Shown: positions 38,783 to 51,969 of the stretch, in pieces
Numbering within the stretch: position 1 is the first letter of the stretch
How the letters are laid out: every line of letters begins with the position of its first letter
Origin: Eledone cirrhosa
Lineage: Eukaryota
DNA: 64,000 bases
Assembly (NCBI GenBank): GCA_964016885.1
Contig: OZ024742.1
Coordinates: 312,418,001 to 312,482,000, forward strand
Direction of reading: 5' to 3'
Position numbers and translations under genes: made by a program
Notes under the pieces: generated by a model
What the model saw: only the letters and a program-made list of their open reading frames with translations
Database searches by the model: none
Told to the model about the DNA's origin: nothing

Positions 38783-39127
38783 TTAAACTGGTGAAGGCTG
38801 ATACAGTTAGTCATGTTACTAAATCCCTCCAAATTCTTTATTTTCAAAATTATTTGAAAATCATTAAAAATATGGTAATGGAATGGTTAAATATGAAAAA
38901 GATTATTTCAAAATAACAGTGTCAGGTAAGTGTATTCAACTGAGAGGGGGGGGGGGGGGGGGGTTCTAAAAATCAATATGATTTCATACACCTAGTTGAT
39001 ATGCTGTCACTTTGTAGAAAGTTTCAAAATGCAGTTACAATAGAGGGGAAACCAATTTTGGAACTATTCTAACGTCAAAGAGAATTTAAAGAACTACTGA
39101 CTTTAATATTTTAATATCTTACAAGTT

Positions 39128-39345
39128 GAGAGGAAACTCTATTGATGAAATTGAAAGAAAGATATGCTCAGATGAAGGGACGTCAGAATTTCCAAACCAA
39201 TGCCAGAACTCTTCAAGGCAGCTGACAAAGAACAAGAAAGCTGATGTACATTATACCATTGCTTGTCAAATGCATTATGGCAGTTGAAGGAAGAAATTAT
39301 TTCATCACTGTTCAATGGGAGTTTGAGAAAAATATTGGCAGCACC
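39128..39345 (+). pseudogene. Possible highly decayed RTE RT C-terminal fragment
   Basis: Pieces resembling DEIERKI...KLMY.IIP.L...W...FE.RKIL in shifting frames. Confidence 0.35.
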
Positions 39346-39598
39346 ATCATAACAAATAACTTTGGAGTAAGGTAATTGAAAGGGGGAAATACAACTGGAA
39401 AATTTACACACATACTTACACACACAATCATCATCACCACCACTGTTTAACGTCCATTTTTTACGCTAACATGGGTTAAAGTAGTAGTCCTGTTGTGAGA
39501 CAAGTTAGATCAGGTGACCATGTCTTGCTCATACAGAACTGTTTCTGGCTTGGTTTCTATGGCTGGATACCCTTTCTAATGCCAACCACATTTACAGT

Positions 39599-39712
39599 AC
39601 GGAGGAGATGACAAAGAACCGTGACAAGTGGAGAGATGATGGGCTGAATAGGACCCATCCCACCCTTGCAAGCAGGGAAAAGCGGACGTATGATGATGAT
39701 GATGATGATGAT
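39599..39712 (+). mobile_element. Extreme 3' end of the second RTE family
   Basis: Matches 61867-61973 (GGAGATGAC..CCGTGACAAGTGGAG..CCCACCCTTGCAAGCAGGGAAAAGCGGACGTA(TGA)n). Confidence 0.85.
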
Positions 39713-40149
39713 ACATATATACATATATATATCCGCGTAATATACACATATGCCTACACATTTTAAAGATTTTCTATTACATTCTATTAGCAGGACAGAC
39801 ATATACATATCCACTGCATTCAAGCATGTATGTGTTCATATATACCTATTCTTGAGACTATCCAGACTTTAACAAAAGAGAATATAATTTCTTTGCTAAA
39901 AACTAGTTTTTATTGTTTCAAAGAGACTTTAACCATTTGTTACTATATTCCTACTGAAATATACGCATATAACCAATGCGTTTTAATTAATTGTGAAAAT
40001 AATAAAAAACATTCATTATTAAGCTGATGTTAGGAACATTGCTTAATAAAAAGATTTTTACAAAAAATTATTTTGGAAGGTTTAATTATAAACAAACACT
40101 TAAAAAATGGTAATTTTATATCACAGAATCAGGGACTGCTTCAAGCGTG

Positions 40150-40223
<74 letters not shown>

Positions 40224-40284
40224 ATGCATTAGTGTTCAACTTGCTAAAAATAGTAACTAAACACCACACAAATCATAATGTACA

Positions 40285-40384
40285 ATCTTTAAAAATGAAA
40301 GAAGAAAAAACATTGGATAATGTAAATCTTAAATATCTTTAAAAATGAAAGAAGAAAAAACATTGGATAATGTAAATCTTAAAT
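40285..40384. repeat. Perfect 50-bp tandem duplication
   Basis: ATCTTTAAAAATGAAAGAAGAAAAAACATTGGATAATGTAAATCTTAAAT twice. Confidence 0.92.
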
Positions 40385-41769
40385 ACAATCTATTAAAAAA
40401 AAAGCTAGGGTGGTCAAGGCTGGAAACATTTTTTAACATAGTCTGCTTAAAGCAAATTTGAGGATCTTTCGATGCACATACACACACACTCACACACACG
40501 TAGTGAGATTATTCTGGAGCTCTTCAGATACAACCAGACAGCTCAGAATAACAAATATGAGAAAAAAAGTCAGAAGTAGTAAAGGTGGTGCTGATGACAA
40601 GGCCTGAATGCCATTTCTTTCCCTGCAGGAGGCTATTACACAATAACATATGGCTACTCTCTTCAGTCTACAAAGGAAAATATCCTAGCTTCTTCTTTGC
40701 CAACCTCTATCACAATTATACCAGTAAATTATAATAAAATTCCTGTTGCTACGGGGGAGAAAGATATGGATCAACTACAAATACACATGTGGCATTAGCA
40801 ATAAAAATGTAAATACCACTTTCTAAACCAGAAAGAACTTTTAACCCTTTCATTTACATATTTCTAATAAAAACACTATTTGTGATTTTGAAATAATTTT
40901 GAAAATAATCGAACATTTGGAAGAATTTAGTAATACAACTCGACTTTTTTTTATATTAAGTTATGCTTGGAACAGATTTTTAGATAACATTTTCTAATAT
41001 ATATAAACATTTTAAAATAAGACATTTTGCATCATAGAGCCAAGAGTGGTTTCAGGCAGCTTAGTATCAAGAGTTAAAGATAGGACATCAGTTTATTGTA
41101 ACAAGACAGACTTTATCAAATGGTATTTGAACCATATATCTTTCACACACACACACAGCTTTCCCAGTGATGATCTCCAATGGATGTGGCAACAATAGGA
41201 ATAGCACACACAATACAGAGAATAACCAACTGGTTTGAAGAGGATTAGACGATGTCTCTCATTGAAAAAGCAGAAATAGAGATGACTATAACAATATTTG
41301 GAGCATCATTTAAAACCATTTTTTTTTCTTTTTTGGTTCAAATATTACAGTAATAAAAGAAAAACATAAAACTATTATTTTAACAGACAGCAGTGGTTAC
41401 CAGCTTCAGGCTAGATCATAATTTGATTTTGCCATGTTGATAATTGTTTCAACTATTTTTAATTATTGCAAACAAATAAAAAAAAAAAAAAAGAAGAAAA
41501 ATTATATTTATCAAAAATAAATTAAAATCAACAAGTAAAGAAATTTATTAAATTAGCTTAAAGCTGATAGTTTGGAATTAAGAAATAATAATAATGGTTT
41601 CTTATATAGGCACAAGGCCAACCATTTTGGGGGAAGGGAAAGTAGATTAAATCGACCCCAGTGCATGATTGGTACTTTATTGTATTGACCCCGCAAGGAT
41701 GAAAGGCAAAGTTAACCTCAAGTTAATCTCAGCGGGATTTAAACTCAGACCGGAAATAATAATAATAAT

Positions 41770-42495
41770 TCAGAACAGGAGTTTTTAATAGAGGAAAGAT
41801 GAATTGGAAAGTATTGATACGAAAGCTAGGAAATTATTGACTGCATAAAGGACTCCAGCCAGAGTGATGTTGCAAGAGTGATGTGGAAGAAAGAAAGGAG
41901 GTAGAGAACTAAGTTGTGGAAATTGTGACAAAAGTGAAGAAAACAACCTAGCTTGGTATCTTAAAAATTTAAGGAGTAACATTATTTCAAAAGTAAGAGA
42001 CTATGACAATGAAATCTGCTGATGCTTTAACACCTAATGAATGCAAGAAGAGAGTGAAAAAAGAACTTGAAAAGGAATGGAAGGATAGACTTATGCACGG
42101 ACAGTACACTAGAGATAAAATAGGCATTAATTGGGATAAGAGTTGATTGTGGCTTAAAAATAGCGATCTGAAAGGATGCAGTAAAAGAAGTAGGTTCTTT
42201 GAACTAACTACATTAAACATCATGTTGACAAAACGAAAGAATCACTATTATGTAGAATGAGTGGAACAAAGGAGGAATGGTCAGCCATATTGTAAGTGAA
42301 TGTGTTATGTTGGCACAGTGAGAGTACAAAAGACGAGATGATAAAGTTGCCAGATATATTCTTTGGATGATATCTGAGAAATGTGGGTTTGTCAGAGCAA
42401 CTAAATGGTATGAGCAGAGACCAGAAGAGGTGTTAGAGAATGATACTTCACCATTCAATGCGATAGAATGATTGAGGCAAGAAGGTCAGACACAT
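41770..42495 (+). pseudogene. Decayed fragment of a restriction-like-endonuclease LINE (R4/Dong-type C-terminal region)
   Basis: Piecewise translation: ELESIDTKARKLLT, KKGGR, EENNLAWYL, WKDRLMHGQY, S*LWLKNSDLK, CRM..SHIVSECVMLAQ*EYKRRDDKVARYILW, KWYEQRPEEVLEND, TIQCDRMIEARRSD. These correspond to the zinc-knuckle/RHD/PD motifs; many stops and frameshifts. Confidence 0.8.
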
Positions 42496-43316
42496 TAGTT
42501 ACCATATACAATATGAACTTTATAACCCTTTTGATACCAATCTGCCCCAAACCATCTCTGATTCTATGAAACAAAACCTATTTTAAAGAGTACATATCTA
42601 AATTAATATCCTTCCAACATAATTTGTTAAATTATGTTACAAACACCACTTTAATAATGAAATGATTTTAGTAAATATCTCTAAATCCTTCATTAATTAA
42701 AATATAGTGTATTTCATTTGAAATAAAGTTGTAAAAAGGTTAAAATTGAGGAGCATTTATGTAAGGTTCTTACAAAAATATTATGGAAAGTTTATAGAAA
42801 AATGTAAATACTTTCGAACAAACAGCTTTGAAATATGAAACCAAGGGTGATTTTAGGCAGCTGGTATCAAAAGGGTTATGAAACAGTTCTTATAGTTTTG
42901 TATCATATAGTTCTTATAGTTTTGCATGAGTCATAAACATTTTTGCTTTCATCACACCATCAAAAGGTAACATTACCAGACAATGTGGTATCTATTCCTA
43001 TTGAGGGCTAAGAGAATGTACAATAACATACATATATCAGATTTCAACCAACAACCAATGATAAAGTAATCCAGTAGCTTATACACATAACTATCTCACT
43101 TCTACTCATAGGTAACAGACATGGAATCTTTAGTTGCTCTTCTAATATATTTTCAATGATTTTTTTTTTTTTTTATGTGATTGGTGCCAGTAAGGGCATC
43201 CAGCTGTAAAACATTGCCCCCAAAAAGGACACCATGATGAGCATGAAGTCTATCTGTAAAACTAACTCTTGCTTTAGCTGAGAAATGTCCTTAAAGTGTT
43301 TGTTGTTATTCTTTAA

Positions 43317-43509
43317 TCCTTTAGCATTTAAACCAGTCATATCCAGCCAGAATTTTCTCACCTCATTCTGTTTAAACCGACCGACCGTAACTGGTCACTC
43401 ATATCATCAAAATCTCATAGATTCGACATTATGTGAGATAATCATGTAAGATAAAGCCTTTACCACAAAAATACAATAGTATATATAAAGTAATGTAAAT
43501 GCTAAAGGG
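43317..43509 (-). mobile_element. MITE-A directly abutting a MITE-B (~43513-43772)
   Basis: TTAA|TCCTTTAGCATTTA...TAAATGCTAAAGGG|CTAA. Confidence 0.85.
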
Positions 43510-44152
43510 CTAATACTTTCATTACCATATTTCTAATGAAAGACATGACTAATGTTTTCTAATTAATTTTGAAAATAATCAAGAATTTGAAGTGATTTAA
43601 TAATGTAGCTAACTCTCATTATTTAGTTGATGTTTGGAGGTTTCTACACAGAATTATGATGGAAGGGTGTCTTTTTTTTTTTTTTTTGATGATAAATAGA
43701 AACACACATTAAAATATATAGCTTTATATCACAAAAAACTGTGGTGTTTCGGGTGGTTTGGTATCAAAAAGGTTTTAAACTACACTCCACATCTCAGACC
43801 TATTGCTGCCAACAACCATGGGATAAAAGAGATGAAACCTTTCAACAGAATAATGGTTCACAAGACATCCACCTAAAATACAAACAATGTTTATAGCACT
43901 GCCAAACCATTCTGTTATTCTGAGTTCAAACAATAATGGAAAAGTGTGGAGTGATGGTGAAGGGGAGGAGGAAGTGTTTCTAAGTTCACACATCCACATG
44001 CATGACAAACATACTCACATACATGACACAACACATACACAAACATATGCACTACTATCAAAGTCAAAGTCAAAGTCAACAAGAATTAATACACTTAATT
44101 GCTTAAGTCATCTGTATTTGCATCAGAGCTGTTACTGAATAAATAAATAAAT

Positions 44153-44286
44153 GGGTGCTGGTGCTGGTGGTGCTGGTGATGGCTGCGATGACGGTGATAG
44201 CTGTAATGACAGTGATGGTGGTGGTGATGGCTGTGATGAAGGTGATAGCTGTGATGACGGTGGTGGTGATGGTTGTGATGGTGATG
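44153..44286. repeat. Degenerate (GGT/GAT/GCT)n trinucleotide tract
   Basis: Seen directly. Confidence 0.9.
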
Positions 44287-44924
44287 TACCAAAGATTCAA
44301 TTTCTTTATATCTACATGTCTGATGTTTTTATTTTCCATTAAAAATCCAAATAATAAAAACAAAGTACTACTACAATAGCATTTGTATTTTCGGTTTGTT
44401 TTATTATTGTTTTGTTGTTTTTATAGGTGAAGGTGGGTGGGGGTGGGGGTACCGATGATTTGAGTTGGTTTTGTTTGATTTCTTCCTCTTTTCTCAATAT
44501 AGTTAATGTATCTAATGATCTGAGACATGAGCCACCCTTGTTTCATTTCCTGACAGCAACACTATAATAGTTAGTCTAGACAAATTGTTCAATCATTCCA
44601 CCCAGACAATATATACTATACAATAACTATACAATAACTATCATACATACAAACAGTTACACAGAGCAGACTTACTTTAAGATAGAAACACTTTCTTTCC
44701 TATTAAGCATATCTTTCATAACATGATTGATGATTGATGATGGTTACACTTCATCTTGAGAACCAATTGAACTAACCTTTCACATTTCACACTTTGTTGA
44801 CTGACACCACTGTTGTGTTGTTCTAGTCTATTGTGATTTTCTAAAGAGTTCTTAATCCATTATATATATATATATATATACATAGTGAAATAGTGAATAC
44901 AAATACTGAATCACAACCTGAGAA

Positions 44925-45002
44925 ATAAAGTTTTGTATTTCTAATTTAGCTTACTGAATATATATATATACAGTAAGCTAAATTAGAAATACGAAACTTT
45001 AT
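44925..45002. repeat. 78-bp near-perfect palindrome centred on (TA)n
   Basis: ATAAAGTTTTGTATTTCTAATTTAGCTTACTG / CAGTAAGCTAAATTAGAAATACGAAACTTTAT, 1 mismatch in the arms. Confidence 0.9.
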
Positions 45003-45857
45003 ATATACACATATATAAGAAATGAACTAGCAGCTGAAGTGTACGATAAAGTTATATTTGAATACATAGAGTAGGTAACCAAGATTGCATTAATGTCTAT
45101 ATAAATATACACATACTAATATGTAGACATGTAAACATGCCTGAAAACACGCATTTCCTTGTAAATTGAAAACATTTATTTGGACTATCATCTGAAAGTG
45201 TGTATATCATCCAAACAACATTCTGAAATAGACATACTAATTTGCATATAATTAGTGCTTGTGTTGGTAATTAATCAAGATAGGTGTGTGTGTGTGTGTG
45301 CATGTGTGTGCTTGTTTACGAAATTAACCAATGTTGTGTTGTTAAGCAATAACACAAGTCAAATGAATTACAGTTGTCATTGTTCACTCAATGAAACAAG
45401 AAACACATTTTTGAATGAGTGCTTTCTTTTAGAATTTAGCGGGAGAGCAACAGATGAACAAAGCCAAAGGGATAAAATGTGTGTATTAATATATGTATAT
45501 TGCAGTGTATAACCCAATTTTAGAATAGGTACACTATATCCATGTGTTGTAAGAGGTGACAAAAAGGTTGGTATTAGGAAGGGTATCTGGCTGTAAAACG
45601 GACATAAAAACAAAGGTGATGATCATCTGCCAAATGGTAGAGATACTATAAACATTTGAATTGACAGATACTATAAATATTTGAATTGACAAACTCATCA
45701 AAGTGGATGTAAAAACAATGATTGAGATATATATATATATATATATATATATGGCTGGACGAGATGTTACTAGTTAAGACCAGTAAAGGCATTACTCAAC
45801 CTAACACTCAATACTTAAATAGTGTAAATTTTGGATTTTATGCCCAATGGCTAAGCT

Positions 45858-47024
45858 TCATCATCATCATCATCATCGTTTAACGTCCGTGTTCCACGCT
45901 TGCATGGGTTTGGACGGAGGGTTTTCCCACTTGAGGCAAGAGTGGTTATCTTGCGGGTTTTCTACAGCTGGATGCCCTTCCCAACACCAACCACATTTAC
46001 AGTGTGGGGCTGGGAGGTTTTTACCGTGTTGCCTACACGGCCACATTACAGCGTGGACTGTGTGTTTTTTTGTCGTGACACCTACACGATCTCATTTGTT
46101 TCGGCCTGGATGTTGTGGCACCAACATAACTTTACATTGAAAGGGGCGGTGTGGATGGGGTGGGGGTGGTGGGACGGGGGTGTATTTTGTTAGAGATGCC
46201 TACTGACTGTAGTAGGTTTTACTTTGTATTTAGGTAAGGCGGGTCTTCTCTATTACTGAGTACCGCCAAAGGTCTCGGTCCAGTGACATTGTCTTGGAGA
46301 GGTGTAAGTGTGTGAGGTCGGAATTTATCAGCTCGTCCCAGGTTTTTCTGGGTCTGCCTATTCCGTGGCTACCGTCTATCTTTATTGCCCTGCACTTTGT
46401 TATACAGCTATCGTCCTTCATGCGCATCACGTGACCATACCAACGTAACCTTCTCTCGAGTAAACAACATCTGATCCCTCTTATTTCTAATTTTTTCCTT
46501 AGTTCGTTTATGCTTTGCCGTTCACGTATATTACTATTACACATCCAGTGGAGCATGCAAGCTTCGTTTCTCTCCAGTCTGGTGCGTATATCCTCTGCAC
46601 ACAATGCCCAGGTCTCACTGCCATGCAACATTGCTGTTCGTATGCAGGCATCGTACAACCTGCCTTTCATTTTTAGGGAGAACCCTTTAGCGGCTAATAG
46701 TGGTAGGAGCTCTCTGAACCTTTTCCACCCAGTTCTGACTCTAGCTACTGTACTTTCAGAGCACCCTCCCCCACTGCTGATTTTGTCACCCAGGTAACGG
46801 AAGCTGTCCACTATTTCTATAGAACCCTCTGCATAGTTGAAAGAGCTAGTATTTTTTGGGCACTTGCTGCTACTTATTGCCCCAGAACACCGGCCACATG
46901 TAAAATCTATGTTCTTAGTTAGCTTACCTGTGATCCCACTACATCTTTTATGCACCCAAACTTTGCATTTGGGACACAAAATGGAGTTTCTACCTACGCC
47001 TTTCCTACACTCTGAGCATGGCCA
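45858..47024 (-). mobile_element. 5'-truncated copy of the same RTE LINE (PHD-like finger, C-terminus, 3' UTR, tail)
   Basis: ORF 46230-47027 is nearly identical to the last ~264 aa of the 35751-37412 ORF. Same 3' UTR with a small deletion; (CAT)n tail at 45858-45876. Homology ends at ...CATGGCCA 47024. Confidence 0.95.
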
Positions 47025-48168
47025 CAATTATTTCAATCACACACACACACACGTTTGTTTTCTCTTTGCCTTCAATATCACGTTAATATTTGTTTATGAT
47101 GCGTTAATATTTGTTTATGATGCGTAAAAATGAAAAAAATATATATAAATGAAGGTTGGCATCAGGAAGAGCATAAAAAAATCTCCTCCTCATCCCACCC
47201 AGCCCATGCCAGTATGGAAAACGGACATCATTTAAAATTAATTCAGTCTAAATAAAACATACTTGCTTCGTTTCATTTTTAAAAAAAGTAACATTTGAAC
47301 ATAGTGTCTGTGTGTGTAAAAGGGCTCTTGAAGGTGATAAGAAACTGCACCAAAACAATGTTAAACAGAGGATAGGGTGCGTGTGTGTGTAGGGGGGGGG
47401 GGGCTATTTATAACTTATTTAAAAAACTCAAACATGTAAATTTCAGCAAATAAAAGAAAAAAGAAAGACCACTAAACATTTTAAAAAGTAATTCCTGCCT
47501 ACTTATACATGGAGAATTTTAACTCTTAAACATTTTCAGCTAATCCAGATTCATCTCTTTATCACTAACTTAAGCCAAAGACATTCCAATGATCTAGATA
47601 ATTACCTAGCTAGCTTTCAACTTGAACACACACAAGTCATAGACCCTCCTTAGAATAAATATTCTAATCTGATATAAAGAACATATGAAGCCAACTAAAA
47701 GACTCCTTTCCTAGAACATTATTTGGTAGGGATAGACAGCATATGAAACCTTACTGTGGGTGGTAAATCCCCTGAACACAGACAGAGATCTAAAAGAGAG
47801 TTGCAGCTTGTATATTCTAGCAATATAATTCAGATATCAGTTATCAATGTGTGCGGCATCTATGTGCATGTGTGTTTCCACTTATCTTTCAGCTACAATA
47901 TAAAATAAATATATCAAAAGAAGAATTCGTCTGCATTTGTTTTTGTAGTTTAATAATGTTGATATGGGAGCAAACTCATTGCAGCTCTTCTATAAACAGG
48001 TTCTGTGCAAACCCTCTCTAAATAGCAAGGTCAATATGAGCTCTCTAATATCATGGTTCATACAAGCTGTTTGTTGATATCTTACACTATTACATTTTAA
48101 AAGATATCATAAAATAAACCCATTTACTACTATATTTCTATTGAAAAATACTTTCTTTGATTTTTTAA

Positions 48169-48583
48169 CCCTTTTGATACCAACCTGTCTAAAACTGGCT
48201 CACACATTTTAAAGGGTTCCAATTTAATTTAAAATCTTTTCACATAATTTTAATCCTTTAGCATTTACATTATTCTATATATACTATTGTATTTTCACGC
48301 TAAAGTCTTTATCTCACATAATTTCGAATCTATGAGATTTTGATATTATTTATATTGAGAACAATACCTTAACATCACTATGAGTGGTTGGTTACAGCCA
48401 GTTGGAACAGAAAGAGGTGAGAGAATTCTGGCTGGATATGGTCAGTTTAAATGCCAAAGGGTTAAACAAAAACCACGTTACATTATTAACTTAAAAATGA
48501 AATAATATTTCTAGTAAATCTTTCTAAATTCTTCATTAATTAATTGAAATCATGTATATTCCATTAGAAATAGTCAGGAAGGG
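48169..48583 (+). mobile_element. MITE-B carrying a MITE-A, itself inside an oppositely oriented MITE-B (~48119-48752)
   Basis: TTAA|CCCTTTTGATACC...GGAAGGG|TTGA; flanks continue the reverse MITE-B consensus. Confidence 0.75.
48254..48461 (+). mobile_element. MITE-A nested in MITE-B
   Basis: TTAA|TCCTTTAGCATTTA...TAAATGCCAAAGGG|TTAA. Confidence 0.88.
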
Positions 48584-49030
48584 TTGAATTTTGCAAATAA
48601 AGAATTTAGAGGGATTTACTAAAATAACTAACTTTTACATTAAGGGGGTTTTTGGAGAATACAAATAAAATAGAATGGTTTTAGATAAATATGAACATTT
48701 TAAAATGTCTTGTATTGTAAAACCAGGTGTAGTTTCAAGCAATTTAGTATAAAATGCATCACATTAAAAAATAAAGTATTTACTCTAATACTGCAAATTT
48801 TCACAATATGTCCACAGTAAAGATACTATAAACATCTGAATTAAACTACATAAAACCACATTAACAAGACGTTCTTGAAAAGTATGAAACCGGACTATGA
48901 TTACATCACAATAAAATGAGTCTTTATCCTAACACTGCATATTTTCACAATGATTTATCCACTGGTAAAGATACTATAAACATCTGAATTAACAAACCAT
49001 ATGAAATCACATTAGCAAAAAATTCCTTAA

Positions 49031-49188
49031 CCCTTTAGCATTTAAACTGACTGTATCCAGCCAAAATTTTCTCACCTCTCTCTGCCACACATACTGACAT
49101 TATGGTATTGTTCCCAAAATAAATGTCAAAATCTCATAGATTCGATATTATATGAAAACACAATAGAGTAATGTATATGCTAAAAGAG
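49031..49188 (-). mobile_element. MITE-A (internally deleted)
   Basis: TTAA|CCCTTTAGCATTTA...TATATGCTAAAAGAG|TTAA. Confidence 0.8.
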
Positions 49189-49378
49189 TTAAAAAGTACA
49201 AATCAGTACCATGACTATCTTATTAAAAAGCAGATTTTTATCTGCAAAATTTTACAAGGATTTGTCCACTAGTAAACTAAAGATAGACATTTGAGATAAC
49301 AAACCTATATTTTTAGATATTTTCTATTAAATTACAGTAAGCTTATTCTTGTTAGAAATATGCTTACAAGCAAGTTAA

Positions 49379-49753
49379 CCCTTTAGCATTTAAACAGGCC
49401 ATATCCAACCAGATTTCTCTCACCTTTTCTGTTCAACCTGACCATAACTGGCCACTCATACTGATGTTAAGTTATTGTTCTCAAAATAAAAAAATGTTTA
49501 TGCTTTAGGCACAAGGCCAGCAATTACCCTAGTGCATTACTGGTGCTTTATTTTATCTACCCCCGTAAGGACGAAAGGCAAAATTAACCTCGGCGGCATT
49601 TTAACTCAGAATGTAAAGGGACATAACTATGCTGCAAAGCATGGTGTCTGACGCTCTACCAATAATGACAAAAATCTCGTAGATTTGATATTGTGAGGTA
49701 AAGCCTTTACCATGAAAATACAATGGTATATATAGAGTAATGTAAATGCTAAG
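49379..49753 (-). mobile_element. MITE-A interrupted by an S2 SINE (~49495-49661)
   Basis: Left TIR after TTAA; MITE sequence resumes at AAAATCTCGTAGAT after the SINE. Confidence 0.8.
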
Positions 49754-50366
49754 AAAAATATGTCTCCATAGAAATTCTATGTAGTTGTTTAACTAATTCT
49801 ATTTTCTGTGCTACCATATTAAAAAGAGAAAGTGAGAATGCGTTTATGTGTATGCCTGTGTGGGTGAGTGTGCGAGCACACACACATATACATACACATT
49901 TTTTAGATTTAGTAAGGAGTCCTGCAAGGTGGGGGGTGGCTGTTGCAACGGGTGTCACCAGCCATTGTCCGCGGGAATGCCTTTGCGGTCCTGTCCGTTG
50001 GGCGCAGCCCCCTAGGCCCATCACCCTCCCCTTCCCCATTCTTCTGTGACACTAGAGCCCTTCCCTTACCCCTCCTTTTCCGGTTTTTTTAATATATTTT
50101 CTTATTTTACATTCCATTAAATTTCACATTCCATTAAATTCATTAAATATAACTATGAAAATAGTCAATGATTCCCATGCAACAAGTATGGGATATTAAA
50201 TAATTTGTAAAGATGATGATGTTTTAATATATTTTATCTTATTTTAATATTTTTGCTTTGTTTGTTTTGAAGGGTGTTTTAATGATAGAAGGGGGTGGGG
50301 GACAGTTCTATAATAAAATGACTCTCCTCCACTAAGGAGAGGACACTAAAGCCCTGCAGCTAGACT

Positions 50367-50648
50367 AGTCTAAGTCTAAAATCTGTCTTAAGCCAGAAGG
50401 CTCATTTGGCCAGTGCTTATCTCGGTTTCATGGCGTGAAGTGGCTGATGGTACAAGACTCCCCCCTGGACAGGACACCAGTCCATCGCAGGGTTAAACCC
50501 CCAGCTATTGCTGGTACTCATTTTCAGCTGAGTATACTGGAGCGACGTGAAATGAAGTGTTTTGCTCAAGAACACAACATGCAACCTAGAAATCGAACCC
50601 ACGACATTATGATCATAAGTCCAACACCTTACCACTAGGCCACGTGCA
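50367..50648 (-). mobile_element. SINE S3
   Basis: Colinear with 10678-10952; has intact CCCTGCGATGGACTGGTGTCCTGTCCAGGGGG. Confidence 0.85.
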
Positions 50649-51766
50649 AGTGAAATAAAGTATTAAAGCCAGCTAAACCTACTTAGATGAAAGTAGTAAC
50701 AACAACATTTAGAACATAATATAAGTATATTATATAAAGTACCAGTAATACACTGGGTAATTGCTGGCCTTGTGCCAAAAGTAGAAATAATTATAGTAGC
50801 ATGTTTAAATATGAATATGAACACTTTAGGAACAGTTTTAGGAGGTTTGTTATCATAAGGGTTAAAATGAAAAATGTAAATCAGTAGATTTCAAAATAAA
50901 GAAAATTGATATTTTAAATAATTGCTAATAATTATGACTCATGAATAAGAGACAAACTAGAAAATTGAAACTATTCATGTACCGACCATCTCTATTTCAG
51001 CATTAATTTTAATAGCGTGTCCTCTCTCTCACACACTCATACACATTCAATAATGGTTTTGTTTTTTATTCCACAGAGCCATATGTTCACAGGCTTCCTG
51101 TCTTAAACCAAAGATTAATTAATAATGCCTGGACCTCATAGCAAAATTATTCCTAATTACCTTTTCAATGTTCAATGCATTAATTATGCTAGTACTGACT
51201 TGGCTATTGTTTTTCATGCAGATGATGCCTCTAAGTAATTTCTCTCTGCAATTTATTCTCTAAGATTTCTATTTGTGTATGACATTGTAAATTTATGTAG
51301 ATATTCCCCCGTTTCCTGTTTTGGCAAATATGGTGATGACTATGCTTTGCTGAGGAGGTCTAATAAGGTGAAAGCATGTATGCAGTTGCCTCCTGGTAGC
51401 TTTTTAATGCTTACAACATTAAATATGTTAACAATCTGGTTTAGAATAGATACGCCATATCTCTGTGTCGTAAAAGGTGACTAAAAGGGTTAGCAGCAGG
51501 AAGGGTATCTAGCTGTGAAATATTGCTTTAAAAATGCACCCATGATAAATTTGAAGCCTATTAATTGCTTTAAAATGATTATTTACTAACTTGACTATAA
51601 GTATCATGGTTAGAGCTAGAAACTTAACCTGACAACATACTGAGTCCAAGATACTTAGATAAAAGTAGATAGTCGTATAATGTCTAAGGGATTTAACACT
51701 TCTGATACCAACCAGCCTGAAACAGTCAATAGTTCCCTGATACAACTGTTCACTTAATATATTTAA

Positions 51767-51914
51767 CCCTTTACTATTTACATTACTTTAAATTTACTAT
51801 TGTATTTTCATGGTAAAGGCTTTATCTCACATAATATTGAATGTACAAGATTTTGATATTATTTATTTTGAGAACAATACCTTAATGCCAGTTACGGCTG
51901 GTCTGAACAGAAAG
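51767..51914 (+). mobile_element. MITE-A truncated by the minisatellite, nested in MITE-B (from ~51696)
   Basis: TTAA|CCCTTTACTATTTACATTAC...GAACAGAAAG, then array units begin. Confidence 0.8.
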
Positions 51915-51969
51915 TGTAATAACAGCAATAAATACCCTTCCTATTGTGTAATAACAGTAATACAAACAT

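Noticed and set aside
44095-44379. His-rich or Gly/Asp-rich ORFs
   Set aside because: Degenerate trinucleotide repeat, open in all frames by composition.
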